Positions 20,538 through 29,914 of a stretch of 64,000 nt of DNA are shown here, one piece after another. The DNA comes from Longimicrobiales bacterium (lineage in GTDB: Bacteria > Gemmatimonadota > Gemmatimonadetes > Longimicrobiales > Gaopeijiaceae): positions 64,001 to 128,000 of the forward strand of contig CBDANQ010000058.1 of NCBI GenBank assembly GCA_965197725.1, given 5' to 3'. Under the pieces are notes generated by a model, which saw only the letters and a list, made by a program, of their open reading frames with translations, searched no databases and was not told the origin of the DNA. The stretch's first letter is position 1. Every line of letters starts with the position of its first letter. The translations under genes were made by a program, and so were the position numbers.

Positions 20538-21413
20538 ATGGCAGCGCGCGCAATCGGAACGTCAACCATCGCCTTCGGGCTGGTCTCCCTCCCCGTGAAG
20601 ATCTACTCGACGGGCGAGTCGTCTCGGAAAGTCTCCTTCAACATGATCTGGAAGGAGCGAGGCGTCCGCGTCCGGCAGCAGTACATCGACCCTGCGGACG
20701 GCACGGTCGTGCCCAAAGAAGAGATCGTAAAGGGGTACGAGTTCGCGAAGGGGCAGTACGTGCTCTTCACGAAGGAAGAGCTCGAGGTCGTCGAGGCTCC
20801 GAAGTCCGACGAGATCGAGATCGTCAGCTTCGTGCCCGCAGATACCGTGGGGCGCTTGTACTTCAACAAGGCGTACTACCTCGGGCCGGACAAGGGCGGC
20901 GCGCGCGCGTATCGCCTGCTTTCCACGGCGCTGCGCAAGACCGAGCGCGTCGCGATCGCCAAGCACGCGACACGGGGTAAGCAGTATATCGTCATGATCC
21001 GCCCGCACGACGAAGGCCTGCTCCTGGAGCAGCTCTACTACGCGGAGGAGATCCGCCTCTTCGACGAGGTGCCACTCGAAGAAGGCGACGTGAACGAGGC
21101 CGAGCTCACCCTCGCGATCCAGTTGATCGACCAGGCAGCCAATGACGACTTCGACTCGACGCAGTTCAAGGACGAGGTGCGAGAGAAGACGCTCGAGCTG
21201 ATCCAGTCCAAGGTGGACGGGCAGGAGATCACCGCCGCGCCTGTCGAGGAATCGAAGACCCAGATCATCGATCTCATGGCCGCTCTCAAGGCCTCCATCG
21301 AGGAGGACGAGGAGGAGCGCAAACCGGCGGCACGCGCCGGAAAGAAGAAGACCGCTGCCAAGAAGTCGTCGGGAGGCAAGAAGTCCACGCGCAAGAGAGC
21401 CGCGTCGGGCTGA
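20538..21413 (+). CDS. ku: Ku, non-homologous end-joining protein
   Basis: IAFGLVSLPVKIY, EIVKGYE, KAYYLGPD, IIDLMAALKAS, and a basic C-terminal tail. Confidence 0.97.
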   Translation: MAARAIGTSTIAFGLVSLPVKIYSTGESSRKVSFNMIWKERGVRVRQQYIDPADGTVVPKEEIVKGYEFAKGQYVLFTKEELEVVEAPKSDEIEIVSFVPADTVGRLYFNKAYYLGPDKGGARAYRLLSTALRKTERVAIAKHATRGKQYIVMIRPHDEGLLLEQLYYAEEIRLFDEVPLEEGDVNEAELTLAIQLIDQAANDDFDSTQFKDEVREKTLELIQSKVDGQEITAAPVEESKTQIIDLMAALKASIEEDEEERKPAARAGKKKTAAKKSSGGKKSTRKRAASG

Positions 21414-21416
21414 TTC

Positions 21417-21435
21417 CCCCTCTGCCGCAGAGGGG
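21417..21435 (+). promoter_or_regulatory. Hairpin sequestering the RBS of the MerR/TPR gene
   Basis: CCCCTCTG-ccg-CAGAGGGG lies between the ku stop (21413) and the ATG (21436). Confidence 0.5.
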
Positions 21436-22278
21436 ATGAAGGGCTACACGACCCGCGAGGTCGCGGAGGTCCTGGGTCTCTCTACCTCAAAGATTCTGTC
21501 CTGGACCAGGAGCGGACTGCTCACGCCCCAACGCGGCCCCCGCGGCGCGTATCTGTTCTCGTTCCAGGACATCGTGCTGCTGCGCACCGCACGTGACCTG
21601 CTCGCCCAAGACGTGTCCGCGCGGCGCGTCCGCGAGGCGCTCGAGGCACTGCGGGAACAGCTCCCTGTGGGACGCCCGCTCAGCGCGGTGCACGTCTCGG
21701 CTGCCGGAGACCGAATCCTCGTGCAGGATGACGACGCTGTCTGGGAGCCGAACTCCGGCCAACTACAGATCGACTTCGATGCGGCCGACGTAGCGGAGAA
21801 GGCGGCGCCGGTGGCCCGCCGAGCATTGGAGGCGCGCGCCAACCAGGACAGCATGAGCGCCGACGACTGGTTCAACACCGCGCTGGACCTCGAAGCAGTG
21901 ACCAGCGACGAGGCGATCGCTGCCTACCAGAAGGCACTCACCCTGGAAGCCGACCACGGCGACGCGCACTTGAACCTAGGTCGGCTCCTGCACGAAGGCG
22001 GGCAGGTCCGGGAAGCCGAGTCGCACTACCGCAGCGCTACCGACGCCGACCCTGACAGCAGCCGCGCCTTCTACAACTTGGGCGTGGCACTCGACGATCA
22101 GGGACTACGATCGGGCGCGATCGAGGCGTACCAGGCCGCGCTACGGCTCGACGCGGACCTGGCCGTCGCGCACTTCAACCTGTCGCGGCTCTTCGAGGCG
22201 GAGGGGCGGCGGCCGGACGCTCTCCAGCACCTCGCCCAGTACAAGCGGCTCATTGAGCGCGGGGGTCTAGGAGCCTAG
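21436..22278 (+). CDS. MerR-type HTH plus tetratricopeptide-repeat protein
   Basis: YTTREVAEVLGLS..WTRSGLLTP..YLFSFQDI (MerR HTH), followed by AHLNLGRLL / AFYNLGVAL / AHFNLSRL TPRs. Confidence 0.9.
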   Translation: MKGYTTREVAEVLGLSTSKILSWTRSGLLTPQRGPRGAYLFSFQDIVLLRTARDLLAQDVSARRVREALEALREQLPVGRPLSAVHVSAAGDRILVQDDDAVWEPNSGQLQIDFDAADVAEKAAPVARRALEARANQDSMSADDWFNTALDLEAVTSDEAIAAYQKALTLEADHGDAHLNLGRLLHEGGQVREAESHYRSATDADPDSSRAFYNLGVALDDQGLRSGAIEAYQAALRLDADLAVAHFNLSRLFEAEGRRPDALQHLAQYKRLIERGGLGA

Positions 22279-23696
22279 CAGTCCGTGGAAGAAATAGGTT
22301 CCCAGCGGATGATGGGTGGGAGAGAAGGCAGACACGCGGGGGCTGTGTTGTTGTGCAAGAAGCGGGTTTTGGGGTCTGACGAGGCGATATTCGGCCCAAG
22401 GAAGGCGAAATAGCGCCGAATACGGCGGAAAAAGCGCGAGACGCGGGTTGTAACCTGAGTTGCGAGCGCAGCTTGTACGGTAGCGAGGCCCTGTAACGCA
22501 CGGGGGGTTCCAACCCCGAACCGCTTGCGCATGAGAAGGCCGAGGTTGAAGGCCGCCGCGTGGATCAACATCCGTTTTCGAATCTCCTCCTGGCCCCGTA
22601 TGTGGACGCGACGCAGCCCTCCGGTCACAAGCAAGTGCGCAAACCCCCGCTCCACCTTCTCGCCGCGCTGGCGCAGCAGCCGCATCCCCCGGTTGCCGCG
22701 GATCCGGCGGCGGTTGTCGTAGGTCGGCGTCTGCGCGTCCCGGTTGTTCTTCCATTTCCGGCGCCCGCGGTTGGGCTCGCTCACATAGCTGCGCAGCTCC
22801 CGCTCCTTCACGCCCGTCATGGTCTTGTTCGAGTGGTAGCCTTTGTCGGCCACCACTTCCTCGGGCTCTACCTGCACTACTTCCAGCTGCCGCTCTGCCT
22901 CGTCCAGCGTGTTGGGCAGCGACGCCACATCTCCCCCGTCCATCGTCTGCACCGTCACCGCCACAAGCGCACCGGTCTCCATGTCGACCGCCTGCTCCAA
23001 CTTGTGCGCCAGGCGCGTCCTGCCGTCCTTCATCTTCGTGATCCGCGCCTCCGGGTCGTGCGGATGCACCCAGTCCTTGTTCGAGCCCTTCTTCGGACGC
23101 TTCCGGTCCAGCGTCGTCAGATCCTTGCGCGTCGGCGTCTCGATCCCCGACGCCCGGGCCACCTGCTCCAGCCATTCATCGTAGCCCAACCCGTCGTCGC
23201 GCCGCACGATCGTGCGCATCGCCGCATTCGCCTCCAGCGTCGTCGAGTCGACGCCCAGCGTCTTGCCGCTCAGCAACCCCGACCCCTTCAGCAGCTCCAG
23301 CACCCGCCCGAACACCGCCGCGTGCGCTTCCACGCTCAGGCGCTTGCGCGTCTTCGACAGGGTCGAATGCTCCGGCGGGTTCTTCGCCCACCCGTATCCC
23401 AGAAACTCACGCAACGACAACGAGTCCCCACACCGCCAGGCAATGCCCCGCTCCGAGCCGATCCCTTCCAGGTAGCCCACCATCATCATTCGGAAATACA
23501 CCCCGGGAGCAATCCCCGGCCGACCCCGATTGTCCGCGTAGAACTCACGGCATGCCTCTTCCGCGAACTCGTCAAACCCGCTTTTCGCCAGAAGCTCGTT
23601 CAAGGCCCGGTAGAACGGGTTGTCCAAGGCCCGAATCTCGCTCGCCACCACGAACATCTCGCCCTGCCGAGCCTCGGGCCGCTTGCCTACCGCCAT
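22275..23696 (-). CDS. DDE transposase (DUF772 + DDE_Tnp_1 type)
   Basis: GRPGIAPGVYFRMMMVGYLEGIGSER, PEHSTLSK, GVDSTTLEANA, VADKGY, VERGFA. The stop codon lies in the target CTAG. Confidence 0.92.
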   Translation of the reverse strand: MAVGKRPEARQGEMFVVASEIRALDNPFYRALNELLAKSGFDEFAEEACREFYADNRGRPGIAPGVYFRMMMVGYLEGIGSERGIAWRCGDSLSLREFLGYGWAKNPPEHSTLSKTRKRLSVEAHAAVFGRVLELLKGSGLLSGKTLGVDSTTLEANAAMRTIVRRDDGLGYDEWLEQVARASGIETPTRKDLTTLDRKRPKKGSNKDWVHPHDPEARITKMKDGRTRLAHKLEQAVDMETGALVAVTVQTMDGGDVASLPNTLDEAERQLEVVQVEPEEVVADKGYHSNKTMTGVKERELRSYVSEPNRGRRKWKNNRDAQTPTYDNRRRIRGNRGMRLLRQRGEKVERGFAHLLVTGGLRRVHIRGQEEIRKRMLIHAAAFNLGLLMRKRFGVGTPRALQGLATVQAALATQVTTRVSRFFRRIRRYFAFLGPNIASSDPKTRFLHNNTAPACLPSLPPIIRWEPISSTDC

Positions 23697-23773
23697 CGCC
23701 GTCCTCGCTGCAAAAACCCTCGTGTCCTCCTGATTTAACACAACAGCGATGACCGGACTTGATCCACGGTCTG
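22279..23773 (-). mobile_element. IS1182-like insertion sequence, copy 1 (1495 bp), with CTAG target duplication
   Basis: Imperfect terminal inverted repeats CAGTCCGTGGAAGAA / CAGACCGTGGATCAA; CTAG at 22275-22278 and 23774-23777; a second copy at 56078. Confidence 0.9.
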
Positions 23774-24280
23774 CTAGGCGTCCTCCCGCAACGCCATCAC
23801 CTTCTCCGCCGGACCGAGCAGGCCGAGCGACTTTCGGATCGCGCCGAGTGCGCCCAGATGGTATCCCTCGTGCCAAGCGAAAAAGACGACCTGGTCGCGC
23901 AGAGACCTCTCGTCGTGGGCTCCACCCTCGGAGACGTAGTCAAGATCTTCCTCGGACTTCGATGCGAGCGCGTTCCGGAAGTCGTCACCAACTGATTGCC
24001 ACGCCTCGCGCAACTCCGCGACCGACGGATAGTCGCTGCCGTCGGTGGCGGCGGCGTTGCCGAACTTCTCGTCGTACGGGTTCTCCCGTTCCTCGCCGAG
24101 CAGGTTCACCACGTAGATCCGGTAGTGCAGAAGGTGACCAACCGTCCACACGATCGAAGGGCCTTCCTCACCGCGTGATCGCTTCCGCGCGTCCTCGTCG
24201 CTCAGGTCGTCCAAGACCAGCGGCATGAGGAAGTCGGTCATCCCGTACAGTCCCATGAGCGCTTTGACACTGCCTGTCAT
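23774..24280 (-). CDS. DinB-family protein
   Basis: SIVWTVGHLL...FFAWHEGYHLGAL His triad. Confidence 0.88.
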   Translation of the reverse strand: MTGSVKALMGLYGMTDFLMPLVLDDLSDEDARKRSRGEEGPSIVWTVGHLLHYRIYVVNLLGEERENPYDEKFGNAAATDGSDYPSVAELREAWQSVGDDFRNALASKSEEDLDYVSEGGAHDERSLRDQVVFFAWHEGYHLGALGAIRKSLGLLGPAEKVMALREDA

Positions 24281-24306
24281 GTCCAGCCTCCTGTCATGTC
24301 CAGCCT
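24273..24306. repeat. 2 x 17-bp tandem duplication covering an RBS and start codon
   Basis: cctgtcatgtccagcct occurs twice; the minus strand reads GGAGGCTGGACATG twice. Confidence 0.9.
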
Positions 24307-24322
24307 CCTCGCTTGTCAGTCC

Positions 24323-25867
24323 CTACTTGACCCCAACCGTGAGCTTCTTCACGAACGGGCTTGCCATCAACGCGAAGACCGTGATTCCGCCGGTGATCAT
24401 CGTGACGGTCCGGAACAAGTCACCGAACGCCATCGTTTCGACGCGCCCACCCACGAGGCCCGCGAACACATTGCCCAGCGCAGCGCCCACGAACCAGATC
24501 CCCATCATCTGACCGACGCGCCGTTCCGGCGACAGCTTCGTGATGGCCGAAAGTCCGATCGGGGAGATGCACAGCTCACCGACGGTGTGCAGGAAGTAGG
24601 TGACTACCAGCCACGCGGGCGACACCAGATCGCCGTTCGACGCGTTCGCGGCGCCCCATGCCATGACGAAGAAGCCCGCGCTGAGCCCCACGAGGCCGAG
24701 CCCCGCCTTCAGCGGAAGCGACGGGTTCTTTTGGCGGCTGTCGAGCCACACCCAGACCATACCGAACACGGGCGCTAACAAGATGATGAAGCCCGCGTTC
24801 ACCGTCTGGAACCACGACACCGGCAATTCGTCGGGCCCGATATTCGTGAACGGGATCTTGAGCGCGAAATCCCTGAAGGTGGCGTCCCGGGCGAAGAGGG
24901 TGAACGACGTGCCAGCCTGCTCGAAGCCGGCCCAGAAGACGGCGATCAAGAGGAAGAGCCAGAAGATGACCGCCATCCTCTTGTTCTCTTCAACGGTGTG
25001 CCCACCCCAGGTCCATATGTACAGGAAGTAGAGCGCGACCATGATGAGCACGCCGGTCCCCAACCATGTTGTGATCTGGGTGAGCGTCACCGGAATCGTC
25101 CCGTTCGATACGAGCAGCCCGAACAGCGCGATCACGGCGACCACGCCGAAGAACGTCCCGAAGAACTCCCTCTCCTTCGCGGCTACCCGATCCGGAGTGT
25201 CATCGGTCTTGAGCTTGCCGATGTCGCCGAGCCTCTCCATGCCAGTGCGGTACTGAGTGAGGCCGATGACCATGCCCACACCGGCCGCGCCGAAGCCCCA
25301 GTGCCAGTTGTATCCCTCAGCGAGCCAGCCAGTGACGAGCGGACCGAGGAGCGCGCCGAGGTTGATCCCCATGTAGAAGACCGAGAAGCCCGCGTCCCGA
25401 CGCGCCCCACCCTCCGGATAGAGCTCTCCAACGACAGTGCTGACGTTCGGCTTGAGCAGCCCCGTCCCACAGATAATGAAGACGAGCCCGAGGAAGAACG
25501 TGAACGTGCTCGGGATCGCCATCGTGAAGTGGCCCGCGGCGATGATCCAGCCACCGACCCAGATGGCCTTGCGCTGACCCCATAGGTTGTCGGCGACCCA
25601 ACCACCCGGCAGCGCGAGGATGTACACCAGGCCGGTGTACAGACCGTAGATCGCTCCCGCCGTCGCGACGTCGTACCCCAGGCCGGGATTGGTACCAATT
25701 GTGGCGGTCGTCATGAAAAGCGTGAGCAACGCGCGCATGCCGTAGTACGAAAAGCGCTCCCACATCTCGGTGAAGAAGAGCGTCGACAGACCCTGTGGAT
25801 GCCCGAAGAAGGTCTTTTGGCCGAGGTCCGGATGCTGTGGTCCTCCGATTGCGGTCCCGGTGCTCAA
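24323..25867 (-). CDS. Proton-dependent oligopeptide (POT/PTR) MFS transporter
   Basis: FTEMWERFSYYGMRA (ExxERFxYY), GTGLLKPN, FYMGINLG, GELCISP. Confidence 0.96.
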   Translation of the reverse strand: MSTGTAIGGPQHPDLGQKTFFGHPQGLSTLFFTEMWERFSYYGMRALLTLFMTTATIGTNPGLGYDVATAGAIYGLYTGLVYILALPGGWVADNLWGQRKAIWVGGWIIAAGHFTMAIPSTFTFFLGLVFIICGTGLLKPNVSTVVGELYPEGGARRDAGFSVFYMGINLGALLGPLVTGWLAEGYNWHWGFGAAGVGMVIGLTQYRTGMERLGDIGKLKTDDTPDRVAAKEREFFGTFFGVVAVIALFGLLVSNGTIPVTLTQITTWLGTGVLIMVALYFLYIWTWGGHTVEENKRMAVIFWLFLLIAVFWAGFEQAGTSFTLFARDATFRDFALKIPFTNIGPDELPVSWFQTVNAGFIILLAPVFGMVWVWLDSRQKNPSLPLKAGLGLVGLSAGFFVMAWGAANASNGDLVSPAWLVVTYFLHTVGELCISPIGLSAITKLSPERRVGQMMGIWFVGAALGNVFAGLVGGRVETMAFGDLFRTVTMITGGITVFALMASPFVKKLTVGVK

Positions 25868-26010
25868 ATCGGTCTCCCGTAGTCTGATTTCAGTCTGAAA
25901 CGGCCGCTAACGTAAGGGCCACGCCATGCAGCACGCCAACCACTCCAAACCATTTGACGCTTCCCGCTGTCAAAGATCGCACTCCACTTGTTCTTCGAGA
26001 GGAACCGCGC

Positions 26011-26097
26011 TCCGCGGGCGAGCGGCAACTCGGGATCGAGCGGGACCAGTGGGCCCGGCTATCGCTGGCGGTCGATCGAATCATGGGGACGGCGTGA
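26011..26097 (+). pseudogene. PadR-family regulator C-terminal remnant
   Basis: Manual translation SAGERQLGIERDQWARLSLAVDRIMGTA* resembles the PadR terminal helix; no HTH upstream. Confidence 0.55.
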
Positions 26098-26215
26098 GGC
26101 GAGGAGAGAGCGCTTCTTACGCTGATGGCACCCGTGGCGGCTGTCTCGCGTAGGACTAGTAGTGGAGCCTCGACTTCACGCACCGTCGGTCACAAGCTCA
26201 TTTGGAGAGAACCCC

Positions 26216-26392
26216 ATGGCAGGCATCGTCGAGTTCCTTCTGGCGAACCCGCTCTTCCTCATCCCTCTGCTGCTCTTGGCAGCGGTGATGCTCTACGCAC
26301 TCTTGAAGAAGCTGCTCAAGATGGCCGCGATCGTTGTGATCGCAGGAGCGCTCTACATGATACTCGTGGAGTACTTCGGGGCGGGATTATAG
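26216..26392 (+). CDS. Small two-helix membrane protein (58 aa)
   Basis: GGAGAG RBS; two hydrophobic helices separated by KKLLK. Confidence 0.75.
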   Translation: MAGIVEFLLANPLFLIPLLLLAAVMLYALLKKLLKMAAIVVIAGALYMILVEYFGAGL

Positions 26393-26426
26393 GAAATAGT
26401 GGCCCGCCACCCACCGGAATAGCTTT

Positions 26427-27287
26427 CTAGAAGATCAGCCTCCGCTGGATGTTGAATCCGGCCCGCCACTCACCGGGCGTAAATTCAAGCTCCGTGCCGC
26501 CGAGGACCTGCGTCGGATTCAGGCTCCGTTGGTTGGATAACACCACTTTGAAAAAGTGCCCGCGGGTCTCGATCTCGATACCAAACGACCCGCTGTCGTG
26601 GGCCTGCGCTGCGCCCCGGTCCTCGCTGATGATCCACTCGCCCAGGAAGCTCACCCTGTCCGAGAGGTAGAGCTGGCCATGCAGACCGAGCACGAATACG
26701 GTCTCTGAGTCAGCATCCTCGATGGTGGGATTGCGGAGGACCGTAGGCACGACCCCCACGGCTAGGCGCTCGCCCAACAGCGTGTTAAACATCAGCTGGG
26801 CGTAGTGCTGAGATTCGTTGTCGTCGGCGCCCGCGCCGGTAGGCGCTTCGGTGTTCCAGGCGATGCCACCCATCAAGCCGATCATCACCGGCACCGCGTC
26901 GGAGCCTCCTTCGAAGACCCGCGCCTTCGCGTTCAGCTCGACGTTGTCGCTGAAGTTCGAGCGCAGCACGCCAAGCATCACACGATCGGACGCGGCGTAC
27001 GCGAGCCCCAGCCGGTTTCTCACCGGTCCGTCGAAGCCCCACAGCACGTCCGCCCCGTTCGCCACGGGTGGGAAAAACCGATGAGATATCTCGAAGAGCC
27101 ACCGTCCCTTCTGCAGCGTCTCCGCTGTTGGGAGATTAGCGGACTGGGGCGAGTGGAAGATGATCTGGGCGTGCACAGTGGACCGCGCGTCCGCCAGCAG
27201 CAGGACCGCCAGCAGTACTCCGATCGTGACGGCCGAGGACTTGCCGACTCGAGCCGCCACGATCGTTTTCCTGTCGAATCTAGTCAT
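26427..27287 (-). CDS. DUF5777-like beta-barrel outer-membrane protein
   Basis: Signal peptide, FEISHRF, GIEIETRGHFFKVVLSN, GFNIQR. Confidence 0.8.
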   Translation of the reverse strand: MTRFDRKTIVAARVGKSSAVTIGVLLAVLLLADARSTVHAQIIFHSPQSANLPTAETLQKGRWLFEISHRFFPPVANGADVLWGFDGPVRNRLGLAYAASDRVMLGVLRSNFSDNVELNAKARVFEGGSDAVPVMIGLMGGIAWNTEAPTGAGADDNESQHYAQLMFNTLLGERLAVGVVPTVLRNPTIEDADSETVFVLGLHGQLYLSDRVSFLGEWIISEDRGAAQAHDSGSFGIEIETRGHFFKVVLSNQRSLNPTQVLGGTELEFTPGEWRAGFNIQRRLIF

Positions 27288-27851
27288 GCGCCGCTCCAGT
27301 GTTGATCCAGTTCTTGATGTTCGTGAGGTCGATATTGTCCAACGGTCACCGCGTGCTCCGGGAATCGGAAGAGGACTACCTACAAGACCTAGGACGATCA
27401 AGCAGCTGCGGCACCCACACCAGGTCAAGATGGCGGTGATCGCGGGCACGCTGTTCTTGCGTAGGCGACACACCGGCTTGCTGTCGTGAACGCTTAGGAC
27501 CTCCGACGCGGTCTTTCCGACTTCCAGGTCCAGCTTCATCCCACCCACCTCCTTCAACATGCTTCGAGGTCCTCGGATCGATCGGCCCCGCATTAGCGTC
27601 TCCTTGCTGAAGCGATGGATGCACGACAATCATCCGGGTAGTGCGTCGCCGCCGCCACCGCCCCCAACACTTTCGTGAGATGAGCACGGAAACGCTGAAG
27701 TCCTTGGTCGAGGACACGCGTCTTCGTTCGACGGTGTATCACCATGCGCTCGGGGTCGTCGGAGAGATCACGCGGTGGAACTTCCCGATGTCGATGCCGG
27801 TTTAGATGAGCGTACCATCGAACGACGACCCGTTATCCGGAACATGAATAC

Positions 27852-29012
27852 GTGAACACTTTGAATCTCGCCCGGCGATTGAACCACGCGGCGGCTGGCA
27901 GGCTCCTCCGCTGGCTTCTGCCGGGAGCGGCTCTGCTCGTGGCATGCGGCGACGGCCGCGTGGCTGGAGACCTGGGACCGGGTGACCCGACCGGACCGGG
28001 TGACCCGACCGGCACGAGCGACCCGACCAGCCAATGCGTGATCCCCATCGACCAGCTCTTTGACGGAGGCCCGGGCAAAGACGGCATCCCCGCGCTCACC
28101 GATCCCACTCTCGTGCCCGTCGGGGATCCGCAAGCGGAGTACCTGAGCGACCAGGCCCGTGTAATCGGCGTCGAGATCGGAGGCGAGGTGATCGCCATTC
28201 CGCACAACGTCGGCTGGTGGCACGAAATCGTGAATCTGAACGTTGGCGGACGGCAGATCGCCGTGACCTACTGTCCGCTGACAGGCTCAAGCATCGCGTT
28301 CGACCGCTCCGACGTGGGTGGCGCGGAGTTCGGGGTCTCCGGCCTGCTTTACCAAAACAACCTGGTCATGTACGACCGGCGTACGGAAGAATCGCTCTGG
28401 CCGCAGATGCTTCGGCAGGGAGCGTGCGGGCCGTCCGCAAGCGCCCCGCTGAGCCTCTACCCCGTGGTAGAGATGACCTGGGAGGGGTGGCACACGCTAC
28501 ATCCCGAGACCACAGTCGTTGGCGGTAGCCCCACCTCGTATAACCGCTACCCCTACGGTAACTATGAAGATCTGAACAACCCCAACACGCTGTTCCCCAT
28601 GCCGTCGGCCATCGACTCTCGGCGGCCACCGAAGGAGCGCGTGCTGGGGATCGTGCGCTCGAATAAGGGCGGTATCGCCTTCCCGTTCGGGGTCCTGCAG
28701 TCGGCGGGGTCGCTCGTGGTGGCCGATGCGGGATTCCACAATAGTCGGCCCGTCGTCGTCTTCTGGGATGAGAGTCGCCAGGCCGCGGCCGCGTTCTATG
28801 CCACCGTGGGAAACGAGGTGCTACAGTTCACGGTGGAGGACCGTCAGATCGTCGACGTGGGGACCCGCAGCGTCTGGCATGTGGGTGGCGTCGCGGTGGA
28901 GGGGTCCCTGGCTGGCCAGCGCCTGGAGCCGGTAGCCGAGGCGTACGTTGCGTTCTGGTTCGCCTGGGCAGCGTTCCAGCCCGATGGGGACATCTGGGCG
29001 CCCGGGCTGTGA
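27852..29012 (+). CDS. DUF3179-domain lipoprotein
   Basis: Lipobox LVAC, GGPGKDGIPALTDP, WHEIVN, TYCPLTGS, FGVSGLLYQNNLVMYDR, FWFAWAAF. GDPTG linker repeats near 27978-28030. Confidence 0.9.
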   Translation: MNTLNLARRLNHAAAGRLLRWLLPGAALLVACGDGRVAGDLGPGDPTGPGDPTGTSDPTSQCVIPIDQLFDGGPGKDGIPALTDPTLVPVGDPQAEYLSDQARVIGVEIGGEVIAIPHNVGWWHEIVNLNVGGRQIAVTYCPLTGSSIAFDRSDVGGAEFGVSGLLYQNNLVMYDRRTEESLWPQMLRQGACGPSASAPLSLYPVVEMTWEGWHTLHPETTVVGGSPTSYNRYPYGNYEDLNNPNTLFPMPSAIDSRRPPKERVLGIVRSNKGGIAFPFGVLQSAGSLVVADAGFHNSRPVVVFWDESRQAAAAFYATVGNEVLQFTVEDRQIVDVGTRSVWHVGGVAVEGSLAGQRLEPVAEAYVAFWFAWAAFQPDGDIWAPGL

Positions 29013-29875
29013 CGACCACGGGCAGGCGGCTGGCGATAGCCGCTGCCTGCCTAGCCTTACTCTCCGTCTCCCCTGCTCACGCCCAGTGGATCGAGGAGCC
29101 GGGCAGGGGTTGGGTCCAACTCATAGTTTACCATCAAGACACCCGGGAGGAGTTCGGCCCCAGCGGCGACGTGAAGCCGTTCTTCGCGGGCGGCCATGCG
29201 GTCATGACGTCGTTATTCGTGACTGCGGCTGGTGGGGTCGTTCCGGGAGTGGACGTTTGGGTGCAGTTCCCGCTCCACTCTCTTGTCTTCTCGGATCTGG
29301 CCGCTCGCCGCGAGAAGTTCGGGCCGGGCGACCCTAAAGTCTTCGTCCGTGTGGGCCCGGAGCTCTTTGGTGGCCAGATCGGTATTCCCATCGCAGTGCG
29401 AGCTGGCGTGAAGCTTCCCGTCGGCGAGTTCCCCATCGATTCCGAGATCATCCCGCTCACGGAGGGCCAGCGCGACTATGAGCTGATGCTGGAGCTGGGC
29501 CACTCGTTCTGGCCGCGGCCGGCCTGGGCCCAGGCTTGGGTGGGCTACCGGTGGCGCGAGTTCAACGAGAGAATCGACCGCAAGCCAGGGAACGAGCTGT
29601 TCGCGTACGCGACCGTCGGCGGACAACTCGGCCGCCTCACTCTGAAGCTATCGGGTGAGGTACTGGTGGGTCGCACGCCACGGCTCGTAGGTGTGCTCGT
29701 GGATAACGCGCGACGGGAGATCTACCAGCTTTTTCCCACCGTCGGTTGGCGGATCGGGCCGGGCGACGTAGAGCTCGGCGGCCGCTTCCCCGTGGCCGGG
29801 CAGAACCTGCCCGCCAGGCCGGCGCTGACCGTCGGATATTTCTTCAACTGGAGTCTGACGCCGGGCTCCGGGTGA
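29009..29875 (+). CDS. Putative outer-membrane beta-barrel (MetA-pathway/transporter-like)
   Basis: Signal peptide AHA|Q, GPGD and GVKLPVG motifs, alternating beta pattern; GTGA overlap with the DUF3179 gene. Confidence 0.65.
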   Translation: MTTTGRRLAIAAACLALLSVSPAHAQWIEEPGRGWVQLIVYHQDTREEFGPSGDVKPFFAGGHAVMTSLFVTAAGGVVPGVDVWVQFPLHSLVFSDLAARREKFGPGDPKVFVRVGPELFGGQIGIPIAVRAGVKLPVGEFPIDSEIIPLTEGQRDYELMLELGHSFWPRPAWAQAWVGYRWREFNERIDRKPGNELFAYATVGGQLGRLTLKLSGEVLVGRTPRLVGVLVDNARREIYQLFPTVGWRIGPGDVELGGRFPVAGQNLPARPALTVGYFFNWSLTPGSG

Positions 29876-29914
29876 GCGGTTGCGGAGCGGAGTTCGCAGG
29901 CGACGGCTGCCGGG

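Noticed and set aside
27290..27850. ORFs or ncRNA in the DUF5777-DUF3179 spacer
   Set aside because: No recognisable protein motif or RNA family.
27852..29012. Selenoprotein recoding in DUF3179
   Set aside because: No in-frame TGA; Cys is encoded at the conserved position.
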